Assembly: GCA_020720365.1 (NCBI GenBank)
Contig: DYOU01000001.1
Span: 32,459-96,458 of the forward strand
Source: Candidatus Elulimicrobium sp.
GTDB taxonomy: Bacteria > Omnitrophota > Gorgyraeia > Zapsychrales > Fredricksoniimonadaceae
Length of the DNA stretch: 64,000 bases
Direction of reading: 5' to 3'
The notes under the pieces are model-generated. The model was not told the origin of the DNA and ran no database searches. It saw nothing but the letters and a program-made list of their open reading frames with translations. Each line of letters begins with the position of its first letter. Position 1 is the first letter of the stretch. The position numbers were made by a program, and so were the translations under genes. Below, piece by piece: positions 18,405 through 28,126 of this stretch.

Positions 18405-19511
18405 GTGATTCAACCGCTTTCTGTGTATGTCCATATTCCTTTTTGTAAAAAGAAATGTCCCTATTGTTCGTTCGCAGTGGCTGTTGGCCAAGGGCATTAT
18501 GAGAAAGATTATTTAGCCGCGATCGATCGTGAGGCCATGTCGTATGGGGCTCGGGTTTCTACAGTTTATATTGGCGGCGGCACCCCGTCATGTTTGTCTC
18601 AGGAAGGGGTGGAGTATTTGTTCGCAAGTATCTTTCAGCGGTTTACAGTAGTTGAGAATGTTGAAATTTCTTTTGAAGTGAATCCTGACAGCATAGATCG
18701 CAAGAAGGCCGCGTTGTTAAAGAAAGCCGGAGTGAATCGTATCAGCCTCGGCCTGCAATCTCTGGACGATGATGCGTTGGTATTATTGGGGCGGACACAC
18801 TCTGCTGATGATGCGTTGCGGGCATTGGGGATTTTACGTGAAGCCGGTTTTGATAATATTAATCTTGATTTCATGTATGGTTATCCCGGGCAGAGTCGAG
18901 AGGGCGTAAGGAAAGATCTCTATCGTGTTTTGGCGCTGGGCTGTGAGCATTTGTCATTGTACGCGCTTAACATTGAAGAGCGCAGCCTTTTTTTTGCCCG
19001 GCGCGTGGAGGTAGATAATGACGCGCAAGGTGAGCTTTATGGAGAAGTTTGCGGGCAGGCAGAGGCTGCCGGTGTTTATCAATATGAGGTGAGTAATTTT
19101 TCCCGCCCGGGCTATGAGTCCCGTCATAATTCAAACTACTGGCAGGGAGGCGAATATGCGGGCCTGGGCCTGTCGGCTCATTCGCATATAGCCGGAGAGC
19201 GGTTCTGGAACGCCGCGGCATTGCCGGAGTATTTACAGCTAATGAAAGTGTCTGGAACGGCCAGGGTCGGCGGAGAGCGGCTTTCAGGCCCCGAGAAACT
19301 TGTTGAAGAATTCCTTTTCGCCCTTAGAATGAATAAAGGCTGCGACCTGGGAGCGCTGGAAATAAGGTTTGGTTCTGAAATGCCGATGGAGAAGAAAGAA
19401 ACCCTGGAAAGTTTGATCGAAATGGGCTTGCTTGAGGAAGAGGGCATGCTGATCCGGGCGACACCTCGGGGACGCTTGCTTCTCGATGAGATCGCGGCTA
19501 GGATTATTTAG
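18405..19511 (+). CDS. hemW: Radical SAM heme chaperone HemW (HemN-like, oxygen-independent coproporphyrinogen-III oxidase family)
   Basis: VYVHIPFCKKKCPYCSFA (CxxxCxxC), GGGTPS; 368 aa, GTG start. Confidence 0.8.
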   Translation: MIQPLSVYVHIPFCKKKCPYCSFAVAVGQGHYEKDYLAAIDREAMSYGARVSTVYIGGGTPSCLSQEGVEYLFASIFQRFTVVENVEISFEVNPDSIDRKKAALLKKAGVNRISLGLQSLDDDALVLLGRTHSADDALRALGILREAGFDNINLDFMYGYPGQSREGVRKDLYRVLALGCEHLSLYALNIEERSLFFARRVEVDNDAQGELYGEVCGQAEAAGVYQYEVSNFSRPGYESRHNSNYWQGGEYAGLGLSAHSHIAGERFWNAAALPEYLQLMKVSGTARVGGERLSGPEKLVEEFLFALRMNKGCDLGALEIRFGSEMPMEKKETLESLIEMGLLEEEGMLIRATPRGRLLLDEIAARII

Positions 19512-19519
19512 GAGAGGGC

Positions 19520-20575
19520 ATGAAACTTTTAGGTAAGATCCTGATTGTGCTAATCGTGTTATGCGTGATAGCCGCTGCCGCCTTGCGCTTGGCCGCGGCG
19601 GACCCCCGGCTGATGAGCGCGGCTTTACGCTGGGCGGCATCCAGGTATTGTAAATCCGTTCAAGTGCAGGATATAACGATTGCTTCCCTGAAATACGCGT
19701 TTCCATCGTCCTGGGTATTGAGCGATGTGCGCGTGCGGCTGGTCCTGAACGCGCAGGTGCTGGAGATCCGCGCGGCGGGGGCGGATTTTCGGGATTTGCG
19801 GCAATTGTTAATCATCGGGGAAAAAGCTGCCGTTGATCTGAAAGGAGTAAGTGTTTTGTACGGAAAATTGAATGCCGGGCCGTGCGCGTTGAGGGCGGTC
19901 GTTACTCGTTCATCTTCCGGCATAAGCGCTGAAGGAGTTGTGTCCGTGGTGGAAATTTCATGGGACCAGTGGAAGGCGCGAGCGGTGAGCGCGGTGTGGG
20001 CGGGAGATACAGCTTCGCTGGTCTTGCATGAAGGCTTGGCGGATGTCTATGGCGGAAAGTTATCTGTTGTTGGAAAAGTGATGTTCAGAGATTCGCTGGA
20101 ATATGAGGCGGCTGTTTCATTGAAGGGAGGGGATGCGGTTGAGCTTGAACGGGCGCTGGGCCGGGATGCGCGGGAATTTTCCGGAAGGTTATCAGGGTAT
20201 GGAAAAGTGCATGGCCTGGGAGATCGTATTGATGTTCTGGATGCGGCGCTGGATATGCCGGCGGGAGGGGAAGTCAGCGCGGCATTTCTGTCCCTGATCT
20301 CTTCGTATCTTCCGTCTTCAGCCCAGAAGAAGAAGTTGGACGCTTTGATTGATTCAGGCGGAAGGCTTGCAGTTGAGGTTTTTTCGTTTACAATAAAGAA
20401 TGATGCGCCAGATCGTTTGAGCGGAAAGATTGGCCTCAAAAGCCGCGAAGCCAATATTGAATTGAATATAGCGCATGAGATCAGGGTGGATGCCAGGGTA
20501 GACTCCCTGCTTCGGACGTGGCAGCTGTTTATGGATTCATGGCAGAAAGTTCCCAAACCAGTTAAGGGCTCATAA
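19520..20575 (+). CDS. Membrane-anchored protein, short YdbH-like (AsmA-like/DUF) partner of ynbE/ydbL
   Basis: N-terminal TM KILIVLIVLCVIAAAAL. Position immediately upstream of ynbE- and ydbL-like genes mirrors the E. coli ydbH-ynbE-ydbL operon. 351 aa, much shorter than E. coli YdbH. Confidence 0.45.
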   Translation: MKLLGKILIVLIVLCVIAAAALRLAAADPRLMSAALRWAASRYCKSVQVQDITIASLKYAFPSSWVLSDVRVRLVLNAQVLEIRAAGADFRDLRQLLIIGEKAAVDLKGVSVLYGKLNAGPCALRAVVTRSSSGISAEGVVSVVEISWDQWKARAVSAVWAGDTASLVLHEGLADVYGGKLSVVGKVMFRDSLEYEAAVSLKGGDAVELERALGRDAREFSGRLSGYGKVHGLGDRIDVLDAALDMPAGGEVSAAFLSLISSYLPSSAQKKKLDALIDSGGRLAVEVFSFTIKNDAPDRLSGKIGLKSREANIELNIAHEIRVDARVDSLLRTWQLFMDSWQKVPKPVKGS

Positions 20576-20613
20576 TGGGCCCGGGGTTATGCGGGGATAG
20601 ATAAGGAGATCGA

Positions 20614-20784
20614 ATGATACAATTGCTGGCGGGATTCATGGTGGTATTGTTTTGCTCGGGATGTACGGTCAAGGCTGTGGGCGATCCCAATCGCCCGATC
20701 ACGATCAATGCGCATATTACGATCGATATCAAGGGGCTTGAAAAGACAGCTTCGAGCATGGAAGATTTTGTGAGCGGCAGTTAA
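20614..20784 (+). CDS. ynbE: YnbE-family small lipoprotein (56 aa)
   Basis: SD AAGGAGA 5 nt upstream of ATG; MIQLLAGFMVVLFCSGCTVKAVGDPNRPITINAHITIDIKG resembles YnbE (signal-Cys then PITINxxVxIEH). Not in the ORF track (<60 aa). Confidence 0.6.
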   Translation: MIQLLAGFMVVLFCSGCTVKAVGDPNRPITINAHITIDIKGLEKTASSMEDFVSGS

Positions 20785-20807
20785 TAACTTTTATGAAAGG
20801 TTGAGTT

Positions 20808-21203
20808 ATGAAAAAGATATGGACAGGTTGTTTGATGGCGGTATTGGTTTCATCGGTGGCATTGGCCCAGGGTGCGTATGACATCAAGGAAATGACGCCG
20901 GCAGTCAAGTCGGCGCTGGAAAGCCGTAAGGCCCGCTTTACTGAATTGAAAGCGCTGAAAGCACAGGGGTCCGTGGGCGAGAATAATCGTGGATATGTTC
21001 AGGCCTTGAGCGACGCGGCTGAAGTTAAAGCGTTGGTTAAAGCCGAGAATGTGGACCGCAAGTTTGTTTATGAAGCGATCATCGAGCAGAACGGGCTGGA
21101 TGCCGGTGTTCTGGAGACTGTTGAAAAAGTATTTGCCCGTGTTCAGCGGGAAAAAGCCGGCGGCGGTGAAAAAGTTCAGGATGAGGCCGGTGGCTGGAAT
21201 TAA
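20808..21203 (+). CDS. ydbL: YdbL-family periplasmic protein (DUF1318)
   Basis: Signal peptide; LKAQGSVGENNRGYVQAL matches the YdbL signature (AKAQGLVGEQ.NGYL). Confidence 0.65.
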   Translation: MKKIWTGCLMAVLVSSVALAQGAYDIKEMTPAVKSALESRKARFTELKALKAQGSVGENNRGYVQALSDAAEVKALVKAENVDRKFVYEAIIEQNGLDAGVLETVEKVFARVQREKAGGGEKVQDEAGGWN

Positions 21204-22279
21204 TTTTTACGGTATCTGCCTGCGATCGTTGTGGACTGGTCAAAGAATTTAAATAATGCTTCTCCGACCAGTTCTTTGTACGGCGGAGTTATTTTGAGTG
21301 TCGCCAGGATCTTCTTGGCTTTGGTGATACGGGTATCCACTGCTTCCAGAGCGTAGTGCAGGCTTCCGGCCTTGATCACCAGTGCTTTTATGGCTTCCTG
21401 GTCGGTCAGGTTCTTTTTGGTTTTCAGGAATATCCGGGTCATGGCCGTCAGGTCCCGGCCTTTCAGACCGGCGTAGGCATGCACGATCAAAAGCGTTTTC
21501 TTTTGTTCATCCAGGTCGCTCAGGATCGATTTTCCAATCGCCTCTTCTGTTTCAAATAAACCGATAATATCATCCTGGATCTGGAAAGCCTGGCCAATGC
21601 AAAGGCCGAAGGCGGCAAGTTTAGGGATTTCGCTCTTAGGGGCGCCGGCCAGGATAGCGCCTGTGACCAGCGGGCAATCGAAGGTGTAGCGAGCTGTCTT
21701 GAGTGAATAATTCAGAAAGACGTCTTCTTCTTTAATATTCTTTAGTTCGTCTACGCCGTGAACAGTATCGACGAATTCGCCCATGGCCGTGAAAGCGGCG
21801 GTTTGAATAAAATATTTCAGCGCGGCTTCTTTACGCTGGGGATCTTCTTTGATCGACAGGAAGGCGTCGATCGCAAGGGCGTAGACAATATCGCCGGCGA
21901 TAATGGCAAGATCGACCCCCAATTTATTCGGGTTAGCGCACGGGACGGTCGCATTGAGGACGCGGTGCATGGTCGGTTTACCGCGCCGCAGGTCAGCGCA
22001 GTCAATAATATCGTCGTGGATCAGCATAAAATTATGCAGGAACTCGATACAAGTAGAGGCGTTATACAGTGAGCGAGAGGGTTTTTTCCCTTTGGGTGAA
22101 TAGCCCAGATATCCCAGAAGCAGCAGGATCGGGCGGATGCGTTTGCCTTCGCGCAAGGAGAATTCCCGGATACTTTTGAATAGCAGCGGATCGACCAGAT
22201 GCAGTTTGTAATCTTTAGCAACATGGTCAAGAAAAAGGCCGATGCTGATATCAATTTCTTTCTTGAAGGTCGTAAGCAT
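21200..22279 (-). CDS. Polyprenyl diphosphate synthase (trans-isoprenyl diphosphate synthase; IspA/IspB/GGPPS family)
   Basis: First and second Asp-rich motifs LIHDDIID and QIQDDIIG; 359 aa. Convergent 4-nt overlap with ydbL. Confidence 0.85.
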   Translation of the reverse strand: MLTTFKKEIDISIGLFLDHVAKDYKLHLVDPLLFKSIREFSLREGKRIRPILLLLGYLGYSPKGKKPSRSLYNASTCIEFLHNFMLIHDDIIDCADLRRGKPTMHRVLNATVPCANPNKLGVDLAIIAGDIVYALAIDAFLSIKEDPQRKEAALKYFIQTAAFTAMGEFVDTVHGVDELKNIKEEDVFLNYSLKTARYTFDCPLVTGAILAGAPKSEIPKLAAFGLCIGQAFQIQDDIIGLFETEEAIGKSILSDLDEQKKTLLIVHAYAGLKGRDLTAMTRIFLKTKKNLTDQEAIKALVIKAGSLHYALEAVDTRITKAKKILATLKITPPYKELVGEALFKFFDQSTTIAGRYRKN

Positions 22280-22405
22280 AAAAGTCCTTGAGGTTAGGGA
22301 TTATTTTCTTGCTTCATAACATAGCGGAATCCTGGAATATGTGATAGGATAATTTTCAAGTTTGAAAAATTCATGGATGCGACCTGTTAACCTTGGAGGG
22401 GTGAG

Positions 22406-23002
22406 ATGAAGAAATGTTCGTTATTTATCCTGTTTTTATTGATGTCTGCGGCGGCGAATGCCGAGACGGTTTATTTGAAGAGCGGCTCAACGGCGACGGG
22501 AAAGATCGTTGATAAAAGAGAGTCGAGTATTGTCCTGGATATCGGCGGGGCAACAGTGACGTATTATAATGATGAGATCGACCGTATCGATGAAGGGGGT
22601 GCGCCTGCCGCGGCTGTAGCTGAGTCTCCCGTTAGTGCGCCGGCTGGTTCCATTAGTACTATGAAGCGCGATCTTATCCTGAAGTTTATTGATGTGTTTG
22701 GAACGCATTCGAGCATGAAAGCCAATTTTGAGCAGATGATGGCTTCGATCGGCGTTGAGGAGGCGGATAAACTTCGCAGCGCATTCGACGTAGACGAGAT
22801 CATTGAGCTTCTCGTTCCTTTATATGATCGTTATATGTCAGAGAGCGATCTGCGCGCGTATATTGCTTTTTACGGGTCTGCCGATGGCAGGAAGCTGGTT
22901 GAGGCGATCCCGCAGATCATGCGCGGCAGCGTTGAGATCAGCGCCAAGTATTTTGAAGAGCGTATGCCTGAGGAATTCAAGAAGGGCGCGGCAGCCAAGT
23001 AA
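22406..23002 (+). CDS. Secreted DUF2059-like protein
   Basis: Cleavable signal peptide (LFILFLLMSAAANA). C-terminal region (LVPLYDRYMSESDLRAYIAFYGSADGRKLVEAIPQIM) resembles the DUF2059 core. Confidence 0.5.
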   Translation: MKKCSLFILFLLMSAAANAETVYLKSGSTATGKIVDKRESSIVLDIGGATVTYYNDEIDRIDEGGAPAAAVAESPVSAPAGSISTMKRDLILKFIDVFGTHSSMKANFEQMMASIGVEEADKLRSAFDVDEIIELLVPLYDRYMSESDLRAYIAFYGSADGRKLVEAIPQIMRGSVEISAKYFEERMPEEFKKGAAAK

Positions 23003-23143
23003 GCTTTTCAAAGAGCTATAAATTATTTAATTTCAACTACTTGCATCTTTACAGTTAAATTGTATTTGATTTTGTTCATCTCCTTTGTTATATTAAGCGG
23101 CGATTTTTTTGTGCCCTTAATTTAATAATAAGGAGATTTTTTT

Positions 23144-24439
23144 ATGATTGATAGGTACACTCTTTCCAAGATGGGTCGTATTTGGTCTGAGCAGCGGAAG
23201 CTTGAGATCATGCTGCAGATCGAAGTCCTTGCCTGTGAGGCCATGTGTCAGCTTGGCAAGATCCCTAAACCAGCCCTGGAGAAGATCAAAAAAAATGCTA
23301 AATTCGACCTCGATGAGGTGAAGCGGATAGAAGAGCGGACCAAGCACGATGTTGTCGCGTTCATTCACAATGTCGGTGAGAATATCGGAGCGGAAGCGCA
23401 GTACCTTCATATGGGGATGACATCTTCTGATCTGATCGACACATCCATATCTGTTCAATGCGTGGAAGCGTCTGAGATCCTGATCGCGGATATGAAAAAA
23501 CTTCAGGCGATCTTGAAAGCTAAAGCCAAGAAGTACAAGGATACGGTTTGTATTGCCCGTACCCACGGTGTGCATGCCGAGCCAATGACGTTCGGATTGA
23601 AATTGGCGCTCTGGTATGACGAAGTTGGCCGTAATCTCAAGCGCCTGGAAGCGGCTGCGGAAGATATGCGCGTGGGTAAACTTTCCGGCGCTGTTGGTAC
23701 GTATGCGAATATTGATCCGTTTGTAGAGGAGTATGTATGCCAGAAGTTGAATTTAAGGCCCGCCAATATCGCGACTCAGGTCATACAGCGCGATCATCAT
23801 GCGAATTTTCTTAACGTCATTGCGCTGGTAGGCGCTTCGCTTAGCAAATTTGCTACCGAGATCCGTTTGCTTCAGAAGACAGAGGTGCTTGAGGTTGAAG
23901 AGCCTTTCTTTAAAGGCCAGATCGGCTCATCGGCGATGCCGCATAAGCGTAACCCGGTGACCTGTGAACGTATTTGCGGGTTGGCGCGTATCTTGAAAGC
24001 TAATGCGTCGATCGGACTGGATAATATCGCTCTGTGGCATGAACGCGATATCAGCCATAGTTCTGCCGAGCGTATTATTCTCCCGGATAGCACCATTGCC
24101 CTGGATTATATGCTCAACAAATTCATTCCTCTGGTTGACGGCCTGCTGGTTTATCCGAAGAATATGATCAATTCGCTGCAGTTGACGCGCGGACTGATCT
24201 ATTCTCAGCGCTGCCTTCTGGAATTAATGAAGAAAGGCTTGGCACGCAGTGAGGCCTATGAGATTATTCAAAGCGCGGCTATGCAGGTTTGGCAGGAGAC
24301 GTCGGATTTTCGAGATGTCCTTAATCGTGACCGTCGTGTGCGTAAGTATTTGAGCAAAGATGAGGTAGATGCGTGTTTTGATATTAAATATTATATTAAA
24401 CACCGTGATTATGTTTTCAAACGCGTCGGGATCAAATAA
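23144..24439 (+). CDS. purB: Adenylosuccinate lyase
   Basis: MIDRYTLSKMGRIWSE..., fumarate-lyase signature GSSAMPHKRNP; 431 aa. Confidence 0.9.
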   Translation: MIDRYTLSKMGRIWSEQRKLEIMLQIEVLACEAMCQLGKIPKPALEKIKKNAKFDLDEVKRIEERTKHDVVAFIHNVGENIGAEAQYLHMGMTSSDLIDTSISVQCVEASEILIADMKKLQAILKAKAKKYKDTVCIARTHGVHAEPMTFGLKLALWYDEVGRNLKRLEAAAEDMRVGKLSGAVGTYANIDPFVEEYVCQKLNLRPANIATQVIQRDHHANFLNVIALVGASLSKFATEIRLLQKTEVLEVEEPFFKGQIGSSAMPHKRNPVTCERICGLARILKANASIGLDNIALWHERDISHSSAERIILPDSTIALDYMLNKFIPLVDGLLVYPKNMINSLQLTRGLIYSQRCLLELMKKGLARSEAYEIIQSAAMQVWQETSDFRDVLNRDRRVRKYLSKDEVDACFDIKYYIKHRDYVFKRVGIK

Positions 24440-24479
24440 GGTTCAGCTTATTAGCGGTTTGTTCATTAATGAGGGATCT

Positions 24480-25187
24480 ATGGAAAAGAGAGAGAAGCTC
24501 TACGAAGGTAAAGCAAAAATTCTTTACGCGACGGATCATCCGGACCTGGTCATTCAGTATTTCAAGGATGATGCGACGGCTTTTAATGCCAAGAAGAAGG
24601 GCACTGTTGATGAAAAAGGCATTATGAACAACGGGATCTCCGCGAAGATTTTTGAGTATCTCGGGGCGAATGGCGTGCCGACTCACTTTGAGAAGCAGTT
24701 AAGTGACCGGGAAATGCTGGTAAAGAAAGTTCAGATCGTTCCTGTTGAAGTTATTATTCGTAATCGTGCGGCGGGATCGTTGTGCCGTAATTACGGGGCT
24801 GTTGAAGGTAAGGTTCTTTCTCGTCCGATCTATGAGTTGTGTTACAAGAATGATGCGTACAATGACCCTCTGATGAATGAAGATCATGTCATTACGCTGG
24901 ATCTGGCGACGGATGCGGAATTGGCGGATATGAAGAAGATCACGTTTCAGGTGAATGAGCTGTTAAAGAAGTTTTTTCTGGCACTGAATATCGAGTTGAT
25001 CGATTTCAAGATCGAATTCGGCCGTTATAAGGGAAAGATCATTCTGGCCGATGAAATATCCCCGGATACGTGCCGCCTCTGGGAAGTGGGTACTGGAGTG
25101 CGCCTGGATAAGGATCGTTTTCGTAATGACCTTGGGAATATCAAGGAAGGTTATCAGGAAGTATTAAAACGGGTTACGCATAAATGA
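24480..25187 (+). CDS. purC: Phosphoribosylaminoimidazole-succinocarboxamide (SAICAR) synthase
   Basis: MEKREKLYEGKAKILYATDHP...; ~235 aa. ORF-track start 24369 overlaps purB; ATG 24480 is preferred. Confidence 0.85.
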   Translation: MEKREKLYEGKAKILYATDHPDLVIQYFKDDATAFNAKKKGTVDEKGIMNNGISAKIFEYLGANGVPTHFEKQLSDREMLVKKVQIVPVEVIIRNRAAGSLCRNYGAVEGKVLSRPIYELCYKNDAYNDPLMNEDHVITLDLATDAELADMKKITFQVNELLKKFFLALNIELIDFKIEFGRYKGKIILADEISPDTCRLWEVGTGVRLDKDRFRNDLGNIKEGYQEVLKRVTHK

Positions 25188-28093
25188 TCTGGCGCATTGA
25201 GATCCAGGAAAAGCCGGGCATTTTTGATTCGGTTGGCAATGGTATCCGTCATGATATCCTGGATATGGGCGTTGCTTCTGTTCAAGCTGTGCGCGTGGTG
25301 CAGGTTTTTCTGATCGAGGGAGACATTGACGCCCGGAAAGCCGGGCGTATCTGCCGTGAACTTCTGGTCGATCTTGTCGTTCAGCAATACACTCTTTCAG
25401 ACTGTCCGGTTAAGGCCAGGGCGCACAAAGGCCTGAGTGAAGTGGAGATCGCGTATAATTTAGGCGTGATGGATCCGGTTGAGGCATCGACGCTCAAAGG
25501 TATCCACGACCTTGGTATTAGCGGTGTTACGGCTGTCCGCACAGCGCGTAAATATTTGATCGAAGGGGATTTATCGCCGAAAGAATTGGATATTGTTAAA
25601 GATAAAGTCTTGATGAACAAGCTTGTGCAGCATGTGGTCAAGGACCCCTCCGATTCATTCAGATCGCTTGCGATCAATCGTAAAGAGCCGGCAGCGCCAG
25701 GCCTTCAGCCGGCTTCAGTCAAACTGTTGGGATTGTCGGATAAAGCTTTGATCGAGTTGAGTAAGAAAGGCCAGTTGTACCTGAATCTCGATGAGATGAA
25801 GGCGATCCAGAAACACTTTTCTTCGTTGCAGCGTGAACCGACGGATGTAGAGCTTGAGACGATCGCCCAGACCTGGAGCGAGCATTGTAATCATAAAACC
25901 TTCCGAGGGAATATAGCTTATACATGTCATGAAGATGGCCAGGAAACGACGGAGATTATTCATAATCTGCTGAAACAAACGATCGTTAAGGCGACTCATA
26001 CGTTGAATAAGCCGTGGTGTGTTTCTGTTTTTCATGATAATGCGGGCGTGATCCGATTTGATGACAAGTTTAATGTTTGTTTTAAAGTAGAAACGCACAA
26101 CCATCCTTCGGCCCTGGAGCCTTTTGGCGGGGCCAATACAGGTGTTGGCGGTGTTATTCGTGATATCCTGGGGACGGGCCTTGGCGCCAAGCCGGTATGC
26201 AATACAGATATTTTTTGTTTTGCCCGTCCGGATTATTCTTTTGATAAACTTCCTTCCGGCGCTTTGCATCCGAAGCGTGTGATGAAGGGGGTTGTGAGCG
26301 GGGTGCGTGATTATGGCAACAAGATGGGTATCCCGACTGTGAATGGAGCGATCTGTTTTGATGACCGTTATGTGGGTAATCCACTGGTATTTTGCGGAAC
26401 GGTAGGGATCATTCCCAGGAATATGGACAAGAAGAGGGTCCGGAAAGGCGATCTGATCGTGGTTTGCGGAGGCCGCACAGGGCGCGACGGTATTCACGGC
26501 GCCACTTTTTCCTCGGGTGATCTGACGCATGAATCGGAAGTTGTTTCTTCCGGAGCGGTGCAGATCGGTAATCCTATTGAAGAGAAGAAGGTCCTGGATG
26601 TCCTGCTGAAAGCACGCGATGCAGGGCTTTATACGGCCTTGACGGATTGCGGTGCGGGAGGTTTATCAAGTGCCGTCGGAGAAATGGGTTCTGAGCTTGG
26701 AGCGCGGGTTGACCTTGAACTGGTTCCGTTAAAATACCAGGGGTTGAATTACGCAGAGATATGGATCTCGGAATCCCAGGAACGTATGGTCATGTCGGTT
26801 CCGCCGAAGAATATGGAACGGTTCAAACAGATCTTCGCGGCGGAGAATGTGGATTTTGCGGTGATCGGAAGCTTTCCGGGGACACGCCGCCTTGAGCTTT
26901 TTCTGAATGGCGTGCAGATGGCTGATCTGGACATGGACTTTATGCACAATGGTACGCCCAAGATCACCAAGACAGCGGTCTGGTCTCGTCCGGCGCATAA
27001 GGAAATGAAAGCGGAATGCCCCGTTGACCTGACGGCGAAACTGGTCGAGGTCTTGTCCGATTATAATATATGTTCCAAAGAAGCGATCATCCGCCGTTAC
27101 GACCATGAAGTCCAGGGCGGGAGTGTAGTGAAGCCTTTGGCGGGCCCTGCCTGTGACGGGCCGAGTGATGCCAGTGTCCTTCGTCCGCGGCTTGGTACGG
27201 ATAAGGGGATCGCAGTATCGAATGGGATCAATCCCCGGCTGGGCGCTATTGATCCTTATTGGATGGCGGCGTCCGCGGTGGACGAAGCGATCCGTCAGAT
27301 CATTGCCGTCGGAGGAAATTTGTCGCAGATCGCTCTTCTTGACAATTTCTGCTGGGGGAATCCGGACAAGCCGGATCGCTTGGGCGGCTTGGTACGTGCG
27401 GCGAAGGGGTGTCATGACCTGGCGGTTGCGTATGGCACGCCGTTCATTTCAGGTAAAGACAGTTTTTATAATGAATATAATGATAAAGGCCAGTCTATTG
27501 CTATACCTGGGACTATCCTTATATCTGCGATAGGTATTATGGATGATGTGACCCGATCGGTGACGATGGACCTCAAGCAGGCCGGGAATCTTCTTTATGT
27601 AGCCGGGGTGACGTATGATGAGTGGGGCGGGTCGGCGTATGCCGCCACTTATGGTGTTATCGGCGGCCAGGTACCTGTGGTCCGTTCTCGTGAAGCGCTG
27701 GCCCTTTATGCGGCTTTATCCAAGGCGATCGCAAAAGGGCTGGTAGCGTCTGCCCATGATTGTTCCGAGGGCGGTTTGGCGGTGACAGTGACAGAAATGG
27801 CGTTTGCGGGCGGTTGGGGTGCGGCGTTTCTTGCCAAGAGTATCCCGTATGAAGGCCACGCCAATCGCGATGACATGATCTTGTTCGCTGAATCCAACTC
27901 CCGCCTGGTAGTAGAGGTTGCTCCGGAGCACAAAAAGGCTTTTGAGAGGATCATGAAAGACGTTCCGTGTCAGCTGGCCGGCCAAGTGTTGGTGGATGAA
28001 GCTGTTTTCTTTTATGGCCTTAAAGACAATCTCTGTCTGAAGGCGGATATTCATTCGTTGAAAGAGGTCTGGAAACGGCCGCTGCAATTCTAA
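25184..28093 (+). CDS. purL: Phosphoribosylformylglycinamidine synthase, PurS–PurL fusion (FGAM synthase II with N-terminal PurS-like domain(s))
   Basis: N-terminal ~230 aa PurS-like (MIWRIEIQEKPGIFDSVG...), then PurL motifs (QTWSEHCNHKTF, FDDRYVGNPLV, GAVQIGNPIEEK); 969 aa. Confidence 0.85.
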   Translation: MIWRIEIQEKPGIFDSVGNGIRHDILDMGVASVQAVRVVQVFLIEGDIDARKAGRICRELLVDLVVQQYTLSDCPVKARAHKGLSEVEIAYNLGVMDPVEASTLKGIHDLGISGVTAVRTARKYLIEGDLSPKELDIVKDKVLMNKLVQHVVKDPSDSFRSLAINRKEPAAPGLQPASVKLLGLSDKALIELSKKGQLYLNLDEMKAIQKHFSSLQREPTDVELETIAQTWSEHCNHKTFRGNIAYTCHEDGQETTEIIHNLLKQTIVKATHTLNKPWCVSVFHDNAGVIRFDDKFNVCFKVETHNHPSALEPFGGANTGVGGVIRDILGTGLGAKPVCNTDIFCFARPDYSFDKLPSGALHPKRVMKGVVSGVRDYGNKMGIPTVNGAICFDDRYVGNPLVFCGTVGIIPRNMDKKRVRKGDLIVVCGGRTGRDGIHGATFSSGDLTHESEVVSSGAVQIGNPIEEKKVLDVLLKARDAGLYTALTDCGAGGLSSAVGEMGSELGARVDLELVPLKYQGLNYAEIWISESQERMVMSVPPKNMERFKQIFAAENVDFAVIGSFPGTRRLELFLNGVQMADLDMDFMHNGTPKITKTAVWSRPAHKEMKAECPVDLTAKLVEVLSDYNICSKEAIIRRYDHEVQGGSVVKPLAGPACDGPSDASVLRPRLGTDKGIAVSNGINPRLGAIDPYWMAASAVDEAIRQIIAVGGNLSQIALLDNFCWGNPDKPDRLGGLVRAAKGCHDLAVAYGTPFISGKDSFYNEYNDKGQSIAIPGTILISAIGIMDDVTRSVTMDLKQAGNLLYVAGVTYDEWGGSAYAATYGVIGGQVPVVRSREALALYAALSKAIAKGLVASAHDCSEGGLAVTVTEMAFAGGWGAAFLAKSIPYEGHANRDDMILFAESNSRLVVEVAPEHKKAFERIMKDVPCQLAGQVLVDEAVFFYGLKDNLCLKADIHSLKEVWKRPLQF

Positions 28094-28126
28094 TCGGGAT
28101 CAAAAGAAGCTTTAAGAGAGGGTGCT

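Noticed and set aside
18306-18497. 63-aa minus-strand ORF overlapping the hemW start and AT-rich promoter region
   Set aside because: It overlaps the confident hemW start and the likely promoter of the micro-peptide gene. The product is Phe/Lys-rich translation of AT-rich DNA.
23003-23143. Possible purine riboswitch upstream of purB
   Set aside because: The 140-nt leader is AT-rich. I could not find the conserved purine-riboswitch junction motifs or paired P2/P3 stems by eye. Covariance-model search would be needed.
25715-27415. Long minus-strand ORFs (271 aa, 228 aa) inside the purL region
   Set aside because: They are antisense shadows of the well-supported PurSL gene, with no motifs and no SD/promoter context.
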